Source of the DNA: an uncultured Sangeribacter sp.
Lineage (GTDB): Bacteria; Bacteroidota; Bacteroidia; Bacteroidales; Muribaculaceae
Reading direction: 5' to 3'
Length of the DNA: 32,000 nucleotides
Assembly: GCA_964480495.1 (NCBI GenBank)
Contig: CAYZPH010000002.1
Coordinates: forward strand, 59,357 to 91,356
This document shows positions 21,519 to 28,013 of the stretch, piece by piece. Each line of letters opens with the position of its first letter. Position 1 is the first letter of the stretch. The notes under the pieces are model-generated. The model did no database searches, was not told the DNA's origin, and was given only the letters and a program-made list of their open reading frames with translations. A program made the translations under genes and the position numbers.

Positions 21519-22751
21519 ATGAATAACAAAATAAGCAACACCTTGCATTTTATCTTACAGAGTGTAGTCATGTCAATAGCTCTGATAACAGTTGGATGTA
21601 GCGATATTGGAGATGCGAATGAATTTATATTGGAGACCAAAGCTCTGAGATTTACGGATGACCCAGATTTTGATGCAGAAGACCTCTACACTCCAGAATT
21701 CATATATGTAGATTCTTCAGAACAGATAATAACCTTACATTGCAAACCAGCATATAATGACATTCCGGCAATCCAGAAATTTTACTTTGCATTTCCAGAA
21801 CTTGATGAAAGTGAGGGGTTCTATCGCTGGATATACTATGGCATAGATGAATTCACTGACTCAAGCAATATGAAAAACGAATATTGTCACGTATGGAATG
21901 AAATTGAAGAAGGAGAACCTGTCATAAAAATAAAACTTAATGCAAACGATTCGGATACAGAAAGAAAAATGCATATTAATATTTCTGCCGGAATTATTTA
22001 TCAAACCGCACATGTTTTTGGACTTATTACCATCGTTCAATCACCAAGTAAAGACAAAACAAATAGTTTTGTTCTAAAAGCCAAATACAAAGGCCACATA
22101 TATACAACGGATACAGATATAGATACCAATGGATGTATCGTATACCATAATAATGAATATAGACAGATTATGGAGACAATAGACTTGAGTCCGTATATTC
22201 ATGAAGTAATAATGGACAATGACCTAATATATTATTATGACGATGAGGATATAGCGACCAATAAACCATTACAGGACTTGATGAACTCTGACGAATCTAG
22301 AAGTGAAACGAAAGAGGACAATACGAGATCCACTAGTTTCGAAGGAATCAGTTCTAATGACAAGGGATATGTGGCTCTTCACGACAATGACAATTTCGGA
22401 GGGAAATATATATCAAAAGGACTTACTAATTATCATTTCACGTGGAATCTACCAAATCTTAAAGATTATGGAATGAATGATAACGTCACTTCAATAGCAG
22501 TGGCATATAATGGAGAGGACCCTAATATATGCTCAGTATTGACCATCTGGGATGACTCTGACTACAATTTTGGAGACAACAGTAGAAAAAAGCACCGAAT
22601 AAGTATAATAGCATCAAAATACAATCAGTACACATCTGTAGCGGATTTAAAAAAAATCAAGAAAATAGGATCCTCTAAGTCATGGAATGACTGCATTTCA
22701 TCTATTTCGTTTCACTTTGGCTATACTGATAGATTATTACTTGATTATTAG
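21519..22751 (+). CDS. Lipoprotein of unknown function: BACON-like N-domain, middle region, beta/gamma-crystallin-like C-domain
   Basis: 410-aa ORF with lipobox ITVGCSD. aa ~36-175 are paralogous to the next gene and end in a BACON-type pattern (KIKLNANDSDTERKMHINISAG...GLITIVQS). aa ~283-402 contain two Greek-key-like motifs: VALHDNDNFGGKYIS...YGMNDNVTSIAV and LTIWDDSDYNFG...SWNDCISSISF. Confidence 0.65.
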   Translation: MNNKISNTLHFILQSVVMSIALITVGCSDIGDANEFILETKALRFTDDPDFDAEDLYTPEFIYVDSSEQIITLHCKPAYNDIPAIQKFYFAFPELDESEGFYRWIYYGIDEFTDSSNMKNEYCHVWNEIEEGEPVIKIKLNANDSDTERKMHINISAGIIYQTAHVFGLITIVQSPSKDKTNSFVLKAKYKGHIYTTDTDIDTNGCIVYHNNEYRQIMETIDLSPYIHEVIMDNDLIYYYDDEDIATNKPLQDLMNSDESRSETKEDNTRSTSFEGISSNDKGYVALHDNDNFGGKYISKGLTNYHFTWNLPNLKDYGMNDNVTSIAVAYNGEDPNICSVLTIWDDSDYNFGDNSRKKHRISIIASKYNQYTSVADLKKIKKIGSSKSWNDCISSISFHFGYTDRLLLDY

Positions 22752-22790
22752 AAACCTCAACAGATACAAACATATATTTATACAAGAAGT

Positions 22791-23297
22791 ATGAATCTGA
22801 CAAAAAATAAGTTATCTAACATTAGAGTAGCAATAGTTTGTGTCTTCATCCTTTCTTTCCTCGGAGGATGCTCTGATAACGATGATCTAATGATTGGATT
22901 TTTTCAAGACATCCGATTTTTAGATACCACACAGGAATGGTCTTCTTATACAGAGACAATTGAGATCGACTCAAAAGCTCAGACACTTGATTTTACTATT
23001 AAATTGATCGAACCAGATATATTTCGGCCTGAAGACATTACTTTTTACTACGCTACCCAATGGGATGAATTTTTTGAACGTTGGACAAACTTAACTGCCG
23101 TAATACAGACACCGACGACCAAAGATTTCTGTACGATCAGGAAATTCTGGCACAATGGGAACTTGACTATTCAAGTTTCGCTCCAAGCCAACAATACCGG
23201 AGAAAATAGAAAGATGCATATTCATGCTTATGGTGGTTTTTATTCAGGACACGAACGAATCGGCAATTTGGATATAACCCAAACCTTCAACGAATGA
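22791..23297 (+). CDS. Small lipoprotein with single BACON-like domain (paralog of the N-domain of the preceding gene)
   Basis: 168-aa ORF with lipobox FLGGCSD. QVSLQANNTGENRKMHIHAYGG...GNLDITQT aligns with KIKLNANDSDTERKMHINISAG...GLITIVQS of the upstream protein. Confidence 0.6.
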   Translation: MNLTKNKLSNIRVAIVCVFILSFLGGCSDNDDLMIGFFQDIRFLDTTQEWSSYTETIEIDSKAQTLDFTIKLIEPDIFRPEDITFYYATQWDEFFERWTNLTAVIQTPTTKDFCTIRKFWHNGNLTIQVSLQANNTGENRKMHIHAYGGFYSGHERIGNLDITQTFNE

Positions 23298-23334
23298 GAT
23301 CAACTATGTCTGCCTTTACGCCATTGGTCTGATT

Positions 23335-23560
23335 ACGTCGTAGCCTCTTAAACATACTTGTACTAAAACGTACGGTGGTCTTGTTGTGAAGAATTACTTA
23401 CACACCGAAGCACACTACCTGATACTGCTATGAATTTTAATTTCTAGCCCCTGTGACTTGTTTTTGCTTGACCGAAGGTAATTTCTCTCCAGTAGTGCTT
23501 CTGAAGGCACTCCTAAAGGATTCTTACTTTGTATGTTTTTTACTAGAAGAGGCTACGCGT
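23335..23560. repeat. ~226-bp non-coding segment bounded by imperfect terminal inverted repeats (MITE-like, tentative)
   Basis: acgtcgtagcctctt (23335-23349) pairs with aagaggctacgcgt (23547-23560). The 11-bp core cgtagcctctt / aagaggctacg is perfect. I found no ORF or recognisable protein fragment between the arms. Confidence 0.25.
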
Positions 23561-23572
23561 ATTTTGAAGTGT

Positions 23573-23622
23573 GCCCTCTAAAAGTTTTTTATCTAACTTT
23601 TAGAGGGCTCTTTATTTTAATA
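23573..23622 (+). repeat. Right copy of the perfect 50-bp direct repeat / hairpin
   Basis: Identical over 50 nt to 18287-18336. The flanking bases differ on both sides (c vs t upstream, c vs t downstream). Confidence 0.9.
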
Positions 23623-23677
23623 TCAATACCCACAAACAATCAATGCATTACAAAATCCGCACTTTTTCCGCACTTGA

Positions 23678-24262
23678 AAAATTGCCAAGAAAAAACATTT
23701 TGTATTAACTTTGCGAGAAAACAAAATTGCATTCGACATTAAGAATCTTCCAATCGTTTACTCAAGCAAGATAACTGTTCTTCTGTTTACAATGCCCGAA
23801 GAACTAAATGTTGGAAACAAGACAGAATCCTCGCTCGCGAGTATACTTGAAGGAACAACTATGCAGTAACAGGTTCTTGAACTATGTAACAAATGTGACA
23901 AATTAAAAGCGTCATCATATCGGGGAAAGTTCGGGAATAAGAAAAAAATAGCCTTGCAAACCATTGATAAATATCTCGTTAAAAAAACCGAACTATTTCC
24001 GAACTCTAAAAATCTCTTGACAAGGCAAATTTCGCACCCATGGGATTAGGGGAATCCCACACAATTGCTCCACAAAACATCGATAAGGATTGACTAGAAA
24101 GGGGCTGGACTCGCAGCTGTTACAGGAGGCATGGACATACAACAGCCTAACAAGTCAGATTATCCCAAAGTAAAAGTAGATTTCGACCGTCCATTTCTCT
24201 ATATCGTCGGAAACAACAAAACCGGAGCTATCCTGATGTCTTGCACAGTGATAGGATTCTGA
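23678..24262 (+). pseudogene. Serpin (protease inhibitor I4) C-terminal half, inactivated: 5'-truncated with three in-frame stops
   Basis: A single frame (codon starts at 23678 + 3n) reads ...FDIKNLPIVYSSKITVLLFTMPEE...MQ*(TAA 23867)...YRGKFGNKKKIALQTIDKYL...HPWD*(TAG 24047)GNPTQLLHKTSIRID*(TAG 24095)KGAGLAAVTGG...KVKVDFDRPFLYIVGNNKTGAILMSCTVIGF*(TGA 24260). The hinge/reactive-centre-loop pattern (HK..I.VdE.G.eAAAvTg) and the C-terminal serpin signature (DRPFLF.I.....ilF.G.v) are clear. No N-terminal half is present. Confidence 0.75.
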
Positions 24263-24290
24263 AAAATATTCAAAACAATAGCTTTTTAAT

Positions 24291-24330
24291 TGAACTGCGT
24301 CCCACAAGTTTGAACTGCACCCCAAAAGTT
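24291..24330 (+). repeat. Tandem imperfect 20-bp direct repeat
   Basis: tgaactgcgtcccacaagtt (24291-24310) and tgaactgcaccccaaaagtt (24311-24330) match at 17 of 20 positions. The second unit forms the left arm of the following hairpin. Confidence 0.8.
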
Positions 24331-24365
24331 AGACACAAAACTGTTGGGGTGCAGTTTTATTTATT
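24313..24365 (+). terminator. Rho-independent terminator downstream of the serpin remnant
   Basis: 18-nt arms aactgcaccccaaaagtt (24313-24330) and aactgttggggtgcagtt (24339-24356) pair with one mismatch. The loop is 8 nt (agacacaa) and the tail reads ttttatttatt. Confidence 0.75.
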
Positions 24366-24530
24366 CCCGACACTAATACTCGGTAAGTACTATAGCGCCT
24401 GGATAGACGAGCATGATCTGGTAGTCCATATCACAAGTGATTATGGTATAAACATTACCGATAAGCAAGGGGAACCGATTGTCTGCGGCACATGGCATCA
24501 ATCATGTGAAGGGAGTAGAATGATATAGTA

Positions 24531-24785
24531 ATGTCGTGTTCTTTCAATGAAAGAGATACTGAAATAGATACGTATTTAGACGAAGACCCTATGAATTCAG
24601 AGATGCACCCGTCTTTTAAGATTCATTCCATCGTCGGACTATCTGGCAATCTAGTGCCATTCGATGAGAAGTTGCAAAGCACACTGCAATACCAAGAACC
24701 GTATTTATACAATAAACTACTACCTTTTCAACCAAATCATCTGAACCCTCCTACGATATACACATTCAAAACTTCCGATAATTAA
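24531..24785 (+). CDS. Hypothetical 84-aa protein (doubtful)
   Basis: ATG-initiated ORF in otherwise non-coding DNA. It has no signal peptide, no recognisable motif and no evident promoter. It may be a gene remnant. Confidence 0.2.
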   Translation: MSCSFNERDTEIDTYLDEDPMNSEMHPSFKIHSIVGLSGNLVPFDEKLQSTLQYQEPYLYNKLLPFQPNHLNPPTIYTFKTSDN

Positions 24786-24863
24786 CATTCTTAGTTGACT
24801 TAACTATCAATAGTCGGGCTACTCTGTGGCTGATTTGATTTTTGGTTTTTTAAACATAAGAAT

Positions 24864-24894
24864 TTTGCAGTTTCGGCAAAATATGCTATTTTTG
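24864..24894 (+). promoter_or_regulatory. Candidate promoter of the TPR/beta-barrel operon (-33 TTTG / -7 TAnnTTTG)
   Basis: tttg at 24864-24867 and tatttttg at 24887-24894 with a 19-nt spacer. The -7 box ends 17 nt before the ATG at 24912. Confidence 0.5.
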
Positions 24895-24911
24895 TGGGAA
24901 ATTATAACGCA

Positions 24912-27900
24912 ATGAATTTAAACAGCATAACGACACGAAGATACAGGCTTTTGGGAATAGCATTGACCGCAGTTCTCACACCTGTGTCAACTCATGCGCA
25001 GGCATACGGAATAGGCGGAGACCTCAGTCCGCTATGTCCGGGATATATACAGCGAGCCTCGCGCATGCTGGAATCGGGCAACCCACTTGGCACCTTAGGA
25101 CAAAATGACATCTCCTGCATAGAATTTGATTTTCTCTCAGATGAAGAAAAAGCCGAATGGCTCGCAATGGAAGGAGTCGCTCAGTTTGACCGAGGGAATC
25201 CGGATTGTGTAAAAACTCTTTTGCGGATAGCATCCGAATATCCGGAATCGACGAAGGCAATACCGGCACTTCTTACAGCAGGCGACTGGCACTGGTTCCA
25301 TTCAGAATGGCATTCTGCCCTTGAACTATACTCAAGGGTTGACATACAAAGGCTCCCAGACTCTGAACGATGTCTCTACTCCTACCGTAAAGGACTCGCC
25401 TACCTAAAATGCGGAATGCCGGAAAATGCCACACCGCTTCTCACACCCCTCATTGGAGAGAACGGCTATGACATTGCAGCACGCTATTATCTCGCTTATG
25501 CCAGATATCTTAACAAAGATTATGATACTGCCTACGATGAAATGAAGCGAATAGCAGAAGAGATTTCTGGCAACAACGGTTCGGGTAGGGACAGCGGCAG
25601 AGGCCAGAGACAGGTTCGTGCCGAACGTGCTTATGTGAGCGATGGCATAGAGCCCCATTACTATATGGCACAAATAGAATATCTAAGAGGGGAGTACTCC
25701 GAAGTAATCGACCATTCCAAGACACTCATGGCAAAGCGTCCGGTAGCGGAACTGCTGCCGGAACTTCACCGCATATCAGGTCTTAGCTATTTCAAAACCG
25801 GAGACATTGACAACTCTCGTGCCCATCTCGAAGAATATTTCCGCACCACTGACTCACCCACCGACGATGCAGTATATGCTTTGGGAGCTATACAGTATGC
25901 CAACAACGATCTTGAAGAGGCAGAGAAAAAGATGCAGACCCTCACAGACCGCAATAATATGTTTGCCCAAGGGGCATACCTATATTTGGGGCAAATAGCG
26001 GAACGAGATGGCAACATGAACGCAGCGGCCATAGCATTTGGAAAAGCTGCAGACATGGCATATGACCGGAAAGTAGCCGAGACGGCATTCTACAATAGGA
26101 TAGTGGCAATAGCCAAAGGGGGCAACACTCCTTTTGCCAGCAGCATATCGCTACTTGAGGACTTCATTAAAAAGTATCCAAACTCGCCTTATACTTCTGA
26201 TGTAGAAGAAAGCCTCGCCACTGCATACTTCCATGAAAATGACTACCGGCAAGCTCTCGCTGCCATCAACAGAGTTAAGAACCCATCTACAAGCACACTC
26301 GCCACGAAGCAGAAGATACTGTATCGTTATGGTGTGAGCGACATAACCGCCGGGAGACCAGACAACGCAATAAAGCACCTTCAGGAAGCTGCCAACATGA
26401 GTCATGTAGACTCAAAGCTCTCAAGTGAGTCAAGACTTTGGCTTGGAGAAGCATTATATCGCACCGGAGACTACAAAGGAGCGACCTCCGCCTACGAATC
26501 GGCACTTAGAGGCAAGCTCTCTACAGACAACATGCTCCTCGCCCGTTATGGGCTTGCCTACAGCAACTTCCAACGAGAAGAATGGAAGAAAGCACGACAG
26601 AACTTCTCAATAATTGCTAACGACAAGTCATCGCCAGAATCGATGCGAATCAACGCATTGGTGCGTGAAGCAGACTGTCTCCACTATCTCGGCAACCACA
26701 AAGAGGCAGCCGACAAATACTCTTCTGCATCACAATCAGGAGGCACCGATGCCGACTATGCCGCATTCCGCCATGCAGTTGTGATTGGACTCACAGAAGG
26801 GACCGACGCCAAGATGCGTGAGCTTGACACCTTTCTCAGCAAACGTAAAGATTCCCCTTGGACACCGCAAGTGCTGCTCGAAGCAGGAAGAACTTTGTCA
26901 TCTCTTGAGCGCCCGGACAAAGCAGCACCCTATCTTGAACGCCTTAGGAACGAATATCCACGCGACTCCAAGAGCCGTGAGGGAGCTATGTCGCTTGCCC
27001 TTGCCTATATGAAACAAGGGAAGACCCAAGAAGCACAAAAGGCATATCGCGACATTATCCGCACATGGCCCACGAGCGAGGAAGCATCGCTCGCCAATGA
27101 CGACATGAGACGTCTGACAGCAGCAGACGGCACACTTCAAGAGTATGCCGACTTTCTCTCTACTATAGATGGAGCCCCACAGATCAACCCCGACGAGATG
27201 GACACCTACACCTTCGAGGCTGCAGAGACCGCTTATGCCGAAAATCCGGGAAACACTTCCCTACTTGAAAAATACATAGATAACTACCCCAACGGACGCT
27301 GGCTCTCCAACGCACTTATGGACTTGGCAGAAGCAGCAGACCGTTGCGACGACACTCACAAAGCACTCTCCTATCTCGACCATCTGCTTTCAGCAAGAGG
27401 AGACTCTCAACATGTGCCGGCAGCACTTTTCCTCCAGGCAGAACTTCTTGAAGCCTCAGGAGAAAAAGAGAAAGCACTCGCCTCCTTCAAGGCTCTCGAG
27501 ACAAGAGGAAGCACTGACTTTGCACCCGAAGCGACAGCCGGGATCATGCGTTGCACCTCCGACGCAAAAGAACGTACAGAATATGCCCGTCGTCTTTTGG
27601 CAACCGGGGGCGTGACAGATGCCGACGCAGAAGAAGCACGCTTTTACGAAGCATCTGGACTGCTCCACTCCGGAGAAACAGAAGCAGGAGAAGCATCACT
27701 GAAAGTTCTTGCAAAGAATCCCGACACCCTTTCCGGTGCGAAAGCTGCAGTAGAATTAGGGGAGTGGCAACTCGCCTCCGGAAACACTAAGGATGCACTC
27801 GAAACACTTGAACAATTCACAGATGCCGGTTCTGTTCATGCCTATTGGCTCGCTCGCGGCTTCATAGCTCTCGCAAAGGCTTATCATGCCGAGGGCAACG

Positions 27901-28013
27901 ACTATCTGGCCACAGAGTATCTCAAAAGCCTTCGCGAGAACTACCCCGGCGATGAGCCGGACATAAGAGAAGCAATAGAATCCGGAATCTCTGAATATAA
28001 AACGCAACACTGA
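24912..28013 (+). CDS. Large secreted tetratricopeptide-repeat protein
   Basis: The tracked ORF starts at a GTG (24894). The ATG at 24912 gives MNLNSITTRRYRLLGIALTAVLTPVSTHAQA, a signal peptide with no lipobox Cys. About 1000 aa follow with recurring TPR-like A/Y/L patterns (e.g. YYLAYARYLNKDYDTAYDEM, LWLGEALYRTGDYKGATSAYE, ALAYMKQGKTQEAQKAYRDI). Confidence 0.8.
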   Translation: MNLNSITTRRYRLLGIALTAVLTPVSTHAQAYGIGGDLSPLCPGYIQRASRMLESGNPLGTLGQNDISCIEFDFLSDEEKAEWLAMEGVAQFDRGNPDCVKTLLRIASEYPESTKAIPALLTAGDWHWFHSEWHSALELYSRVDIQRLPDSERCLYSYRKGLAYLKCGMPENATPLLTPLIGENGYDIAARYYLAYARYLNKDYDTAYDEMKRIAEEISGNNGSGRDSGRGQRQVRAERAYVSDGIEPHYYMAQIEYLRGEYSEVIDHSKTLMAKRPVAELLPELHRISGLSYFKTGDIDNSRAHLEEYFRTTDSPTDDAVYALGAIQYANNDLEEAEKKMQTLTDRNNMFAQGAYLYLGQIAERDGNMNAAAIAFGKAADMAYDRKVAETAFYNRIVAIAKGGNTPFASSISLLEDFIKKYPNSPYTSDVEESLATAYFHENDYRQALAAINRVKNPSTSTLATKQKILYRYGVSDITAGRPDNAIKHLQEAANMSHVDSKLSSESRLWLGEALYRTGDYKGATSAYESALRGKLSTDNMLLARYGLAYSNFQREEWKKARQNFSIIANDKSSPESMRINALVREADCLHYLGNHKEAADKYSSASQSGGTDADYAAFRHAVVIGLTEGTDAKMRELDTFLSKRKDSPWTPQVLLEAGRTLSSLERPDKAAPYLERLRNEYPRDSKSREGAMSLALAYMKQGKTQEAQKAYRDIIRTWPTSEEASLANDDMRRLTAADGTLQEYADFLSTIDGAPQINPDEMDTYTFEAAETAYAENPGNTSLLEKYIDNYPNGRWLSNALMDLAEAADRCDDTHKALSYLDHLLSARGDSQHVPAALFLQAELLEASGEKEKALASFKALETRGSTDFAPEATAGIMRCTSDAKERTEYARRLLATGGVTDADAEEARFYEASGLLHSGETEAGEASLKVLAKNPDTLSGAKAAVELGEWQLASGNTKDALETLEQFTDAGSVHAYWLARGFIALAKAYHAEGNDYLATEYLKSLRENYPGDEPDIREAIESGISEYKTQH

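Noticed and set aside
21239-21640. A 133-aa minus-strand ORF spanning the C10 3' end and the next gene's start.
   Set aside because: It is antisense to two well-supported genes. Its hydrophobic, low-complexity translation is an artefact of AT-rich sequence.
18287-23622. Calling the repeat-flanked cassette a bona fide mobile element (transposon, ICE or integron-like).
   Set aside because: No integrase, transposase, relaxase or tRNA attachment site is visible in or next to it. Only the direct repeats and the compositional shift support mobility, so it is reported as a finding and not annotated as a mobile_element.
23533-23742. A 69-aa plus-strand ORF in the region between the cassette and the serpin remnant.
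   Set aside because: It reads straight through the 50-bp hairpin repeat and its T-rich tail. The composition is poor and no motif is present, so it is almost certainly non-coding.
23867-24097. The three in-frame stops in the serpin frame might reflect stop-codon recoding or an alternative genetic code, since no frameshift accompanies them.
   Set aside because: TAA and TAG are used as ordinary terminators by neighbouring intact genes (e.g. TAA for GH16, susD and the C10 protease; TAG for the 410-aa lipoprotein). The serpin also lacks its N-terminal half and has lost conserved hinge residues. A pseudogene is the simpler reading.
18287-24365. The repeated hairpins as a possible CRISPR array.
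   Set aside because: There are only three related copies, separated by 5.2 kb and 0.7 kb. Spacing is not regular and there are no cas genes. The structure fits terminator or REP-like elements instead.
24241-24528. A 95-aa plus-strand ORF following the serpin remnant.
   Set aside because: It would need a TTG start inside the serpin 3' end, and it has no internal Met. It also traverses the tandem repeat and the 18-bp terminator stem. It is more likely intergenic sequence or decayed DNA.
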